Positions 38,457 to 51,930 are shown, numbered from the stretch's first letter. The stretch is DNA of 64,000 bases from Podarcis erhardii (GCA_964252035.1 OZ176211.1), one strand, 5' to 3'. The notes: a model not told the origin generated them from the letters alone. Program-made: numbers and translations.

Positions 38457-40566
38457 TATATGGAAAATAGACACATATTGTTATTTCAAAAAGCTAGGAG
38501 CACCATGCAGCCTGTTGCTCAACAGCTCATGGGGGTTTATAGGCGCTGTAATGGATTTACAAATGGCACCATAAAAGCCTGTGAAGAAATAACACGTGAG
38601 CAAGTTGTTTGGTTTCGGTCTCGTCTTTCTGATCCAGCCCCACATGCCCTCCGGTGTGCATGCCCGGTGTGCAGGGACGACAGTGTGAATGTGAGACAGT
38701 GTAAACGTTAGTACTCCCGCGCTCATAAGAAATCCCTGACTCACTCTGTTGTGTGTTGCATGCAATAGGCTTCAGGAGAGAGAACTCTATGCTCAGAAGT
38801 CTTTCTGTGTAAGCTAATTGCAGCAACATCTTCATTCCCCTGCCGCTTCTACTCCACGCTGACATTGTCATCTGTGGCTATGTCAGCAGTTTCCCCCCTC
38901 CCACCCCCCCTGACATTTCCTTTCCGGTTGAAGAACAGATGCGCGATCAGATGGCATCGAGTGGCGCTTTTACCTCTTCGCGGCACTATTGACTCATCAC
39001 ACAGAACAGGGTTCATTAAAAACCATTGTTTCATCCCTTCCTCTAACCACAGGGAGACAAGCAGGATGGCTGCGTTGTTGTTTGAAATACAACCACGTTG
39101 GTGTGTGCATGCAATTGCACTTTTTGTTTCTTTACCTTGACATGGAAGCTGCTGCAGAGGGCAGGGAATTATGTCATGTGGATCATCACAGGTCAATATT
39201 CTATTCATTCATTCATTCATTCATTCATTTTTAAAAAAGAAGAATGCAAGTTTAACCCACTACATGGGAATAATGGAGCCTTAAAGCAAAATCCTATGCA
39301 TGTTTACTTTGAAGTTAAGTTCTACCGATTTCACCGGGACTTGCTCCATGGAAAGATTATGCCCAGGATTGCTGCCCTCAGTGCTGGAGCTTGCTCAGTT
39401 GGGCTTCTTAAATCAGGTTCCACCATCTGTTTTGAAATTGCTGGTGAAGGGCTTTCAGCGAACAGAGGAAGAGATCAGCGGGAGATGGGCAACAGGAGGC
39501 TTGTGTCAGAGTCCCTGCTGAAATCTGGCTCCCTAATATGTAAACAGGGTGTTGGTTACTGAGGCTGCCCAAGTTTTAACAGTGAACCAGTGCAAAACTC
39601 TGTAGAGGAATATTTGTGTTGCTACTGGCTTGATATTCACAATGGCACATCAAGTTCAGCCATAGCATGAATTAGTTCAGGGGGCAAAGCTAAAGCAATG
39701 CAGGTATAAAAATTTGAATACAAAATGTCGCAAAAGAGGCAGATCAATGGCAAGCAGATTCATGACATAATGCAATTAACAATAGAGTAAACAGAAAAAC
39801 AACAGAGCCAAAATTGTATTGCACTTATTTAAATGTTAAACACAAACTACTAGTATGAATTCATTCTTCATCTGGGCACATTTTGCTCTATTGACAGCTA
39901 GACCATATCACGTGGCCTCAAAATAGCTTCGGCTGACTATATCTTTACTGCAACTGCACAAGGCAATTAAAATTGTCTTCTAATGGGATTTTCCCCTTGG
40001 ATTTGGCCCAATTTCTTTTCAGCATTCGATGAAGGTGCTTCTTTCTCTTTCTCTCTCCCCCCCACCCGCCATACCATCAATTGTATGTTTTTTGGGATAA
40101 CTGTAATAGCTTCATTTATAACAGGAATGCTTGAAAACAAAACAAAATGATCCAACAATTTTTAGTGGCAGAATTGTATTATCCAAATAGACCAAAACAT
40201 TTTGCCTAAGGGTACATACTAATTTTTTTGAGCATGCAGTTCAAGAATCTGAAAGGAGAGTAAAAAACTGGGGAATATAAGGTGGAGGCACAGTGTGGAG
40301 TAGGTTCTGCACAGTTGAAATATCTATTTGTGCAAGAGAAGCAAATAATAGTCCATTACCTGTTCGTCCCTCAGTTCATTCTCCAGCAGTGAAATAATCC
40401 TGTCATCTTTGAGAGTACAACTATATCACTATCACAACATACTGCTTCTCAAAACCACCTGGGGAAAAAGCTTGAAGAGACCAGCTGCCTAAAGAAAAAA
40501 GTCTCACACCCAAAATTTCCACAGGCTGGGTTGGAAACAGAAAATGTATTGTCATAGATAATCTAA

Positions 40567-40907
40567 GGACTTGCAGATCAGAAGGTTGGCGGTTCGAATC
40601 CCCGCGTTGGGGTGAGCTCCCATTGTTCGGTCCCTGCTCCTGCCAACCTAGCAGTTCGAAAGCACGTCAAAGTGCAAGTAGATAAATAGGTACCGCTCCA
40701 GCGGGAAGGTAAACGGCATTCCCGTGCGCTGCTCTGGTTTGCTTAGTCATGCTGGCCACATGACCCGGCTTAGTCATGCTGGCCACATGACCTGGAAGCT
40801 GTCTGCGGACAAACACCGGCTCCCTCGGCCAATAAAGCGAGATGAGCGCTGCAACCGCATAGTTGGCCATGACTGGACCTAATGGTCAGGGGTCCCTTTA
40901 CCTTTAC
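40567..40907 (+). mobile_element. 5'-truncated Sauria-type SINE with an internal tandem duplication
   Basis: 12-bp TSD TAGATAATCTAA at 40555-40566 and 40908-40919. A 27-bp unit is duplicated at 40741-40794. Confidence 0.93.
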
Positions 40908-42277
40908 TAGATAATCTAAATGAAAAGCTTTGGAAATTTTTCTGCACCTTCTGCAGAACCTAACATACATGAAGCTATTTCAGGAATGCAAATCCCCCAC
41001 TGCTTGCTCATTTTAAACTCAAGAGTGGAATCCTTCCTAGAAGACATTATTGAGCCAATATGAAGAATGGGGTAAGAATGGCAGCATAAGTGGCTTATGG
41101 ATCGCAGCTGCTGTCTTATCAGTAAAGTTTTAGACTATAATGTCATAGGCCTGGAAACTTCAGGCATCCTGTAAAAGAAAAACGATCCTGATGTAGTTTT
41201 AGCTCTCATTTATATTTTCCTGCCTTGGTCAGATGATACTAAAATAATCTGGCTCTTTTTCTGAGTGACAAGGTGGAATCTGCAGCCTGTTTGAGTCGCT
41301 GCTGTTTTAAGAGAATTCAGATATTCTGAATTTTGGATTTTTTCTTTTAAAAAGTCACTGTTAGTAATCATTCATACCATTTTGTTTCAAACAGCCTTGT
41401 CCCATTTGAACCACATCTTCTGTGCCTCATGGGTGCCAGCATAAGTCATACACTTCATACTACAGTGCCTCCTATCAGATTTCTGGCTATAAACGCATTT
41501 CAGTCCATGGGCTGGTTCAGATATTAAGCCTGGCACCAAACCCATTCTCTCTCTGCCGTTTTCTATACCTATAACTCCTTCTATGAATGTTTATATGGTG
41601 GCACCTCTCCTCTCCCCGTTCAAAGGCTTTTGGCTTTACTCTCCATCCATGATCTGACTGCGGCCACACAAATGTCATTGTGATTTTCTCATGATCATCC
41701 ACTGCTGTCACCGCCATCCACTGTTCCTTCTACTGTTGTGTTCCCCATTTCAATTTTAGCTCCTTTGGAGCAGAGACCTTTTTGTGTCCTTTGATGACCA
41801 GTTGTTGAACTGTACATACATGCTCAGCTTACGTGCGACATCATTTGCACAATAACAGCCATGCTTGCTGCTAAGGCTTGCGCAGAAGTTTGAAGCCACA
41901 AAATTTATACCCCAGTGCGCCGCTATCGGAAAGTAGGGTGCCAGTTAACAGTTCATCAAATATCAAACAAGCCAAGCCACACATTTGACCTGGGAATAAA
42001 TTCCTTCCCATCTCGATTTATTATGATCATGTTTTCAGATGTTACACATGACCAAAAGCCACCCACTTTTTTGATCCAAAGGAATCTCCTTAATAAGCAC
42101 ACCGTTTCTGCAGCAGTCCATAAAAGAATGGAGGTATGGAAGAGGGAAGGAAAAGTCTTTCCATATACAAGTTGTAAGGTATTTTGTTTCAGTGGAGGGG
42201 TCAACACGAGAACGGGCCTTTTCTGTAGTGGCTCCCTTTTGTGGAATCCTGTCCCCAAGGAGGTTAGTCTGCCACCT

Positions 42278-42408
42278 TAGAATCATAGAGTTGGAAGGGA
42301 CCACACGGATCATTTAGTCCAACCCCCTGTAATGCAGGAATCCTTCGTCCAACATGGCACTCGAACCCACGACCCTGAGATTAAGTGTCTCATGCTTTAC
42401 TGACTGAA
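42278..42408 (-). mobile_element. tRNA(Lys-like)-headed SINE with a CR1-type tail, inserted into an L2 fragment (~42180-42600)
   Basis: Minus strand reads TCAGTCAGTAAAGCATGAGACACTTAATCTCAGGGTCGTGGGTTCGAG...CCCTTCCAACTCTATGATTCTA. L2-like sequence lies on both sides. Confidence 0.8.
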
Positions 42409-42647
42409 CCTTCATTATATATTTTTAGGCACCAGGCAAAATTGTTCCTCTTCAACCAGGCCTTTGGCTGCTTAATATTCTACGCCTTTAAATGTGTTTT
42501 TTTTTGGGGGGGGGAGCTATTGTTTTTGTTTTAACTACTTATTTGTGTTTTTGTCTGGTGAACTCCCAGAGATCTTCTGATGGAGGGAAGTATATAAATC
42601 TAATAAAATAAACAAACTAACTTGATGTTGAAAGGGATGTGCATATG

Positions 42648-42940
42648 TTAATTGGAAAAACTTGCAAATACCAGATAGGCTTAGGATTTAAATATGTGAT
42701 GTTAAAGAACAAAATGTTTTAAGTTAAAATGGAAAGGAAGAAGGATGTTAAGTGACTAAGTTAATTTTATGAGAAAATTGGTTTTGGAAAACTGTTACAA
42801 TGATAGACAATGAAACTCAGCCAGGGGGATTTGAGGAAGTCATTTAACAATGTTATTAAGATTGGATTAAGTACAGTTAAGATCTATGTTTGTTTGTTTA
42901 AAATTTTGGAAAATCAGTAAAAAAAATTGAAAAAAAAAAA
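42648..42940 (+). mobile_element. Short L1 3'-UTR insertion with poly(A)
   Basis: 18-bp TSD GAAAGGGATGTGCATATG at 42630-42647 and 42941-42958, an A tail, and a GGGGGATTTGAGGAAGTC UTR motif. Confidence 0.85.
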
Positions 42941-44859
42941 GAAAGGGATGTGCATATGGAGGTGGCTTCTCCATTCAAGTGAATGAGGGAACCTGCTCAT
43001 GTGTGAGCAGCATTAAACCCTAGTACCACTGGGGGGAGGCAGTTGCCCCCCCCCCCGCCCCACCTAAATCATAAACCTTGGATTCCCAGCCTTTTTTTAA
43101 AAAAAACAAGTTACTAGCATTTGTAAAAGCTGAGATTTGAGGCAACACGTACAGACAATAAACACCTTTCTCATTTTTTGGGTGAGAAACTAGCCTGCTC
43201 CCCACTTTTATTTTGCTTTCCTCCCCCCCCCATAAAAATTCCTGTGGATGCCCATGCCTAGAGCACATGCAGAATTCTAGATGGGAGATGGTGTTAACAG
43301 GTAGGGTATCGAGTAATTAGATTCACAGTGCAGCCATGACCTTACAATGCAGCTCTGAATCTTCCCTGTGCCTCAGGGTTAGCTGAAGACATTATGCCTG
43401 CTACAACTCCCTGCCCCAGGTGCTCAGTATCCAAGCCTGGCCATCTTATTTGGCACCTGAGGCAGAAAATTGCACAAGTGCTTCTTTCCCTCCCTGGCAG
43501 ATGAGTATAATCGTAATAAATTAAATATCTAACCATTTTCTGCCTTTCATGAAGCTCAAAACACTGTACCTTATGGTAGGGCTAGGCCTGTGATAAGTGC
43601 ATAATATTTACGTATACTTTGCGTGGGGGTTTTTGTTTGTTTTTTGTTTAATCTGCTCAAGAAAATTGGCTGTTTTTTAAAAAAATTACACTTCAGTTAA
43701 CAGATGCTGAAGCTATTCCCCCTGTTGATGGTAATGTGGTTAAAGGATCCTCTGGAAGTTCAACCAAATTCATTCTGAAAATAATTTGTACTCCATTAAG
43801 CCATTTATTCCCTCACTAGTTACACAAACTCTCAGATTATATGAATATCTTCCATGCCCTGAATGTCTATTCAGCCAGATAGAGAGAAGAAAGGGGTGCT
43901 GTTTGCCTGCTTGATAGGTTTGGCTAAGCTATATTTAAAAATAAATTTCAAATCCAGGCTTCAACTGCTGCAAGTTGGAATATTTTTGCTTGGCACTGAG
44001 CAGGTCTGTTTTCTATTTTTATTTCCTTTTTTTTCCAATTGAGTTACGTTACTAGGCAACGGAAGCATTCTGCTCTATTGGTTAATAGCTATACTGTATT
44101 TCACATAATCAGTTGGTATATTTGGGCAAATTGTCTATGGAGTGGGGGGGGGGAAGACAGCACAAATGACTGTCTTTTGGACACCAATTGCTTATAAACT
44201 GTGTTACCAGCTGTCTCTACTTAGGGACAGAAAGCACTCGGACGCCATTCAGTTTGCAATTTATAGAGGTTGTCTCTGCTATGAAAGGGGATGACAAATT
44301 TCCAAAACAGTATCCTCAGTAAAAGGCAATTTGATCAGTTTAATTTCCTAAAGATACAATTCAGCAAGCACATCAGCCACACTGTGTGCTCACAATGGAC
44401 AAGGTTTTGTTTTGCTGCAGGAAAAACAACAGCCATATGAAAACAGAGCCACTTTGAATTTATGGCCAAAGTGGGGTGGAATCACTGAATACATACCACA
44501 TTTCTTTCTTGTTACATGTATACATCACCTTTCCAATAAATAAATAAAAAGCCGAAGGTGGCTAAAAACAATAAAACGGAAAGTAAGCAAATAAAAATGT
44601 ATACCGTAATCAGAAAAGAGCTGATTAAAATGTAAGAACAGCAGGCCGTTAAAATTATAGGGCGATGTCTTAGTCTAACTCACAGTAGGCCCACTGAACT
44701 CAATGGGCTTTTTTTAATCATAGAATTGTAGAATTGGAAGGGACCCCAATGATCATCTGTTCCAACCCTGTGCAATGCAGGAATATGTCTGAATGACTTG
44801 GTTGGCTGCCACCCTTAGATTAAAAACAAAATGGGAGAGAAGAGCAAAGCAGCTCAGCA

Positions 44860-45120
44860 GAGCAAACACCTATTTAAATAGAAAGGTTTTTGTCTGCTGC
44901 TGGAAAGGCCATCAAGGAGAGATCTAGATGAGCCTCTCTGTGTGCAGAGCTTCGAAGTCTGGGTGCAGCCACCAAGAAGGCCCTTTCTGGAGTTTCCACC
45001 AAATTTGCACAAGATGTTGGCAGGACAAGACAGAAGGGTCTCTCTGGCAGATCCCAGTGCCTGGGCAGGAGACGGCAGTCTTTCAGGTAGCCTTGTCCCA
45101 AGCTGTTTAGCCTCTATACC
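44860..45120 (-). mobile_element. Older L2-like fragment
   Basis: Pattern GGTGCAGCCACCAAGAAGGCCCT and LG..LPERL similarity to the other L2 copies. Confidence 0.6.
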
Positions 45121-45357
45121 CGCCAACATTTCAGGGACAAAATATAGGAACACGACTGTGACATTTCCGTTCTCATATTTGTCCCTTTGGGCTAGCTAGA
45201 CTAGAAAAATGTAGTTGTCCTACAAAAGGTTTTTGGCAGTTCCAATACATATTTCAGTAGCTGCAATGTTTAAAATGCCAGGTAGTGCATGAAATGGTGC
45301 CTTAAGGTTCATACAAGTGGATTTACAGGTTGTGTAGATTAGAAGCAAGGTGGGCCT

Positions 45358-45650
45358 GGAAAGGAATTGCTGAAACAGTTATTTGAAGTGGAATACAAAA
45401 ATGGGAGGTGGGAGGAGGTCACTGAAACAAGGGAATGAAAGATATGATTTTGAAATTACCGGAGGTGTTTGTAATTGTCTTGTTTGTTTTGTTAATTTAA
45501 TGTTTTGTGTAGTGTTTTTGTTTTTGTGATGTATTGTATTTTTTAATTTTTTTAATTTTTAATTTTTCCTTTCTCTCTTTTTTCTATTTGCTTTGTTTCT
45601 TTTTTATGTAATTTTTAAACTGTTAATAAATATTATTTTTTTTAAAAAAA
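45358..45650 (+). mobile_element. Short L1 3'-UTR insertion
   Basis: 18-bp TSD TAGAAGCAAGGTGGGCCT at 45340-45357 and 45651-45668, AATAAA plus a short A tail, and a GGGAGGTGGGAGGAGGTC UTR motif. Confidence 0.85.
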
Positions 45651-46199
45651 TAGAAGCAAGGTGGGCCTACAGCTGCCCCAACTCATAGCTGTAACTGTTA
45701 GGAGACCTGAAGAAGGGTCTCTATCTACTCTCACATTTTTAACATGGCATTTCCCAAAGGCTAAAGTAAGGGAAACATCCCAGGGGCCAGTCATAATGAG
45801 ACAGTGTTTATCAACCTTGGGTCTCCAGCTGTTGTTGGACTACAACTCCCATCATCCCTGACGACTGGGTCTGCTAGCTAGAGATGATGGAAGCTGCAGT
45901 CCAACAACGTCCATCCCCGTTTCCTGTGTGTTATATCATTTAGTCCAAGCCACTCTGGGCACTGTTTTGTTTAAATAAAGAACTAAATTGGGGCAAAATT
46001 GCTTTCCTGGCACAACTGGTTGCAAAGGACCACTGCAGGGCCTCAGATGGAAGGGAAACAAGTATGCAAATGTCCCAGCACACTTGAATAGCAACAGGCA
46101 ACACTGCTACGAGTGCACTGGAAATTAATACGCAATCAGAATTGCATGATTTAATTATGCTCTATTAGAAAATCCACAACTTTCCATCAATTTATTCAA

Positions 46200-47470
46200 T
46201 GATAACTATAATAAGATATGAAAAGAGATAAAAAAAGATTTGGAAATTTGGAACAGATTAAACCTGTCGCTTTGGGGGAGAATCTCAACAATTAAGATGA
46301 ATGTGCTCCCAAAAATGTTCTATTTCAGATGATCCCAATTGGGGGGTGGCGGCTGGATGTTTTAGGGACTGGCAGAAGGAGTTATCAAAATTTATTTGGC
46401 AAGGGAAGAAACCCCGAATTAAATATAAATTACTAATGGATATTAAGGAAAGAGGGGTTTTTGCACTCTTAAGCTCTATTATGAGGCCTCATGCCTTTGT
46501 TGGTTAAAAGAATGGATGACTCTGCAAAATACTGATATATTGGACATGGAAGGATGGGACAACAGATTTGGGTGGCATGCATATTAGGCTATGAAAAAGT
46601 AAAAGTTCATAAGGGCTTTCTAAATAATATAATTTGGAAATCCTTATATACAGCATGGGACAGGTATAAAAATGGGACAGGAACAAAATACACCCTGGTG
46701 GTTATCACCTCTAGAGGCCATTTCAGTAAAAAGGAAGAACATGGAAACAAAACTGGGTAACAAATTCTAGAGAAAGATCAAAACCAACCAAGCTAATGTT
46801 TATTTTTTGGAAGAAATCAAACATTATTTTATGGATTGGTTACAATACTACCAACTAAACAATGTTTTCAAAGCAGATAGGAAAATTGGGTTTGAGACAG
46901 AAATATCTAAGTTGGAAAAAGACTTATTACAAAACAAAAAGAAAATACTATCTAAAATGTACAGATTGCTGCTGGACTGGGAGGTTAAGGATGAAGAGGT
47001 CAAAGAAGTGATGGTCAAATGGTCAAAGGACTTTGGTTATTCCATCCAGATGGACAACTGGGAAAAATTATGGCAAAAGACTTAAAATTCACAGCTTGCT
47101 ACACAATAAAGGAAAATTTTATGAAAATGCTATATAGATGGTACATGACCCCCAGCAAATTGGCCAAAATATATAAAACAAACTCAAATGTGTGCTGGAG
47201 GTGTAAGCAAATGGAAGGAACAATGCACCATATGTGGTGGGGTTGTGACAAAATTAAAAAGAAATGGGACATTGTCTATGATGAATTAAAAAAAATGTTT
47301 AGACAAATATTTGTGAAGAAGCCAGAAGCCTTTCTTCTGGGTATTCTGACAATTTATATCTCAAATTAATAAAAGGAGGGTGTTCCTATATGCTACAATG
47401 TAGCAAGAATACTGATCGCTAAAAATTGGAAAATTGGTCACTCACGATGGAAGAATGGCAAAGAGTATTT
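46200..47470 (+). mobile_element. Degenerate L1 ORF2 C-terminal fragment of the same family as 11491-13207
   Basis: Frameshifted pieces [57 protein letters not shown] and CWRCKQMEGTMHHMWWGC. Boundaries approximate. Confidence 0.9.
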
Positions 47471-50293
47471 AAAAAAGACAACTTTCCATTTTACCACAAG
47501 CAGAACACACCCTCTGCTCTGATCACTTCTCTCCCCGCATTTCCCAAACACCTTTTTATCCCCGTTTCCTCTCCTTAGCACAGATTCATCTTCACAGTCA
47601 TATTAGCCCATGCATACAAAAAGGAACATGCTCCCTTGTTTTAGACTTCTGCCATTCCTCAGTGAATTAGAGAGCTTAGATTTTAAACCTTTTTAAGGTT
47701 AGGGATACAAATAGTTATGGAAATTAGCAAAATGTTTTCACTTAAAAGCAATGACTATAAAGCATTAAACCCCCCCCCACTATGTTTACAAATAAGATTT
47801 TTCTAGATATTCCCAGAAAGGGCTCTAATACTATAAAGTCCTATTCATTCGGGGAAGATTCTAATATAACCTGCAGACCCACCCAACCCAGCACATGCTG
47901 TTGTGACTCACGGACGAATGCTTCTTCCTGTTGCTATGATGCGCAGTGACATCTCAGGTTGGCTCGGGTTCAGCAGGAAGCAGCCATGTCTGGCTGGCTG
48001 GCTAGCACTGTGACTGGAACAGGGTGGTGCAACTTTCCCGATCCTGATGTCCCCTATATAATGCTTGGGAAGACTGTGGAGTATAGGTCAGTGCCAGAGG
48101 GGGGAAATAATTTGGTACGCTTTTATCGAAGTGACATAATCTATGCAAACTGGTCCAACACAGCAGCTGATTCAAGACAGCATTTTGTTACGAAGTTCAA
48201 CAGAACCAAGGCAATGTGAATTGTCCATGAGTGAATGTCCCTTGGTCTTTTTCAATGTGGCCTCATGTGATAAAACATCAAGTGTGCGAGTTACCTGAAA
48301 TCTGGCGGACTTAAATCTTTTGCCGGACACTGTAAGGACTAATTCGTTATTCTCTGCGGATGTGATATTTATACTTCCCCACAGGGCTGTTTATCTGGGC
48401 TCATGGCAATATTTCAAAATACATGCTACTTTGGTAGATCTTAAATGAATAATTCATTGGCAATTAATCCTCTGAATATTCATCTGTGCTATGAATCAGT
48501 TTTGTGAATTATTCCCATGTTTATGAGCCATTCATAGTCCAGATTCTGCAAATATTATTTTCTTCTAATTACATATAGAAAAGAAACAACATATATATAT
48601 TACAAAAAATCACTTCCTGCATCTGTCTTTTGAAAATATTTGATTCACAGAAAAGTCACAAATGATGATTTGGAATATCAAGTTCTTCTGATTTCTCTGG
48701 AGGCTGCTGATTTGATTAATTTTGGGATGTTTAAATGCAAAAACTATTAAAATCAAAACACCATGGGTCATCACAGCACTCTCACTGTAAATCAGTGCAG
48801 CTTAACTGATTGAACTGGAACTATTTTTTTAAAAAACAGGATTATTCAATATAACATATTCAGAAGCATATGTTTTCCAACTACAGAAGAAGAAGAAAAA
48901 TTCAAACCAGGGAATTGATGGGATTATTTCTACACACAACTAATGTGAAGGAATTTATCCAACCACAGATTCCATTTGCTTAGCTTGGGCTTGGAACTCC
49001 AACCCCAGTTAACTGTACAATGTATTTTGAAGCAGCACCAGGCTATCATTGCAAAATGGGTGGGGCAGTGATTGGTGTGCAACATGTGTTGGTATGCATA
49101 GCCCATACCTCTTAGATGTGCAAAAATATGAAGTTTATTATTAATAATAAGCAACTGACTTTTTTCTTTCCCCCTTTATTTGGGCAAGGTAGAGGCTGAA
49201 ATGTCTTAAGCAGGTTTTCCGGAACTGTGCCTTCACCTACTTAAATTACTACCCACATCATCATTTTCTTTTAGTATCATACAGGTCACCTATATGTGTG
49301 CAGCACAATCTCCTTTTAACCGTCATTGTTTAGGAAGGATCCAAAGAGAGCCTTGCATAAGCAGAAGGCCCTTTTGCATGCAGGGGGTGGGTGGGTGTTG
49401 CAGGTTTCCAATGCCTTCTCCCAAAACGGCACCCCCTACAGCACAGCCCCCATTTACGAAACTGTGTTCTAGAGGTTATTCCTCAGAGTTCTGAGGAGTG
49501 CAATAAGAAGAGGGAGCAGAAAAGCCTCCTTGTATGACCAAGACTTCTTTTTTGGAGCAAAGTCATTGCACCTGATTGCTTCTCCATTGCTACTAAGGTC
49601 CCATTTCTGGTGTTGACATGATGGAATTGCTTGCCCAATACTTATTAAAGAATGTTGGATGAATTGGTAGTGTTGAACTTTCCCATTTCCATGCAACTTT
49701 TAAGATCTAAAATTAAAAAATTAATTACCCTTTGCCCTCTTTTCTTTAACTGAACTTGAACAGAACATTTGCTGCAATGTGGGCTCAGATGTTGCTGCAA
49801 CCATTTCCCCCTCACCTCAAATTCACCTGCCCACATCTATAGTATCTTCCAACATAAGCCCATATTCCGAAACTGATTATATGGAAGACCAGTTCTATGA
49901 TGTGATGTGATATTAGCACATCCCAGAGGGGAGAATTTATTCTCTCATGCAGGTATGAACCCTTGACTTGCACTTATAATAACGCCACGAAGGTTGGAAA
50001 AGTAATGTTATTCCTCCCCCACCCCAAAACCATATAAATATCCATACACAAATAGACACGCACACACATACCTGACAACTGCTGTAAACTGAATAATTTA
50101 AAACGGGGGGGGGGGGGTAGCAACACTGGAAGAAGAAGAAAAATCAGAAATTCAGGGAGCTGTACAAGAGGCAGGCTTTGCTATTTTTGCTCTTCCTCTT
50201 TTCGTCTGATTTAGTGTATTTCTTCTGAATAGCAGTATCAATTAAAAACTCACTTAGCACTGGGATTTAGATGAATTTTTCTTTTACTTTCAG

Positions 50294-50409
50294 AAGAAGA
50301 GGTAGTAAATTAGACTTTAAAAAGCATCAACAGAACCAGCCTAGATCCCAAATATACTGCTTATTTGACAGACTCATATGAAATGTCTGAATTTGACTTC
50401 GAAAATACG
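50294..50409 (+). other. Candidate + strand non-coding exon
   Basis: Acceptor ttttcttttactttcag| and donor ACG|GTAAGT. Stops in all three frames. Confidence 0.35.
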
Positions 50410-51779
50410 GTAAGTTTTGTTTGATTGGTTGATTTATAGACCACCCTTCATTACAAGCTCTCAGGGCATTTCACAAGATAAAAATATAAGGTAAAAACAC
50501 AAATAGTTAAAAACAGCAAAATAATAACCCACTCTCCCACAAACACATTTCAAAGGCTGTAGAATGTTAATCAGCCAAAGGACAGGTTGAGGAGGAATGT
50601 TTTTGCCTGGTGCCTAAAGATATATAATGAAGATATATAACGAAGGTGCCAGATGAACCACCCACGGTGGCCAAGGGGGTGGATTAGGTATGACAAATGT
50701 TTGTATGCTTAAAACACCATTAACCTTGCCGGGCAAGGTTTCACCAGCCTAAAATGGTTGCTTGCACCTCCCATATTCACACAGTGCCCACCTGATGCCC
50801 ACCACACAGAACAAGTAGGTACATGATTGGAGGACAGAGAAACTAAATAAAATTAACCAGACATGATGACCAAATTTCTCTCAGGACATTGGCTGTTGAT
50901 TGCTGGTGGCGAAAAAAAACTGCTTCCCTTCAGATCCCTCTTCAGCAAAACTGTGACTTTGTCACAGGGAGATTCATTAAGTGCCAAGTGTAAATAAAAC
51001 CAAATGGTTCAAAATTCGTCTGTGTTTTCGCTCAGAGTTCAGTAACTAGCAAGTTTAAAAACAAAACAACAACAAAAAGCAACTGAAGTTTGCTCCCCAA
51101 AGCTTCCTTGAATTTCCCAGTAGCAAAAAGCTAAGAGCCAATTTTCACAGCCAAAATTTGGGTGCTCTTGTCCCACGATCGTGTATCTGCGGGTAACTGG
51201 TTGTCTTGGACTGAGAAGATAATCAAATTAGAGCATCTGAAGATGCTTTTGTCCACGGACATCTGCTGACTAGGTCAGCATTCCCGTTTCCTCCTGTACC
51301 TGTTGAATGTTGGCGAATCTTCTGCAACCATGCTGGTAAGCAAGTACAAATGATGACGTATAAGGCAAATCTCTGCTGCAACTCACAAGATGTGGGGCTG
51401 CAGCATCAACCCTTTTCACCTTTCATGCACGTGCCATGTGAAATTAGTGACAGTCTGCTCCGGAAACTGAGGTCTAGACTGTGTGGGCTTCTGTTATCCG
51501 TAGTTATATTTTTATAACACAAACTTTGCCTGGTGCAAAATTCAAGTAACGGAGAGGAATAAACAGAAGACCTGTTTATTGTGTATTCATCTAGATTCGT
51601 TTGCAGGGAGATTAGATGATGTTGGTTATTTAATGACCACTCATTCTGATTTGTTTGTGGGGATGTTAGACAATGTTGCATCAAAACAGCATTTAATCAT
51701 ATATGGAATTTATACAGTGCTTTAGAGCAGGGATGGGAAACTTTTCCCCACTATCAATAATGACACTTCCTGAGAGGGG

Positions 51780-51886
51780 AATATATTATTGCAATGTGTT
51801 CCATGTGGGGCTGCCCTTGAAGATGACCTGGAAACTGCAACTGGTCCAAGATCGAGCTGGAGTTCCAGTTAGTAGTAGTAGTAGTA

Positions 51887-51930
<44 letters not shown>

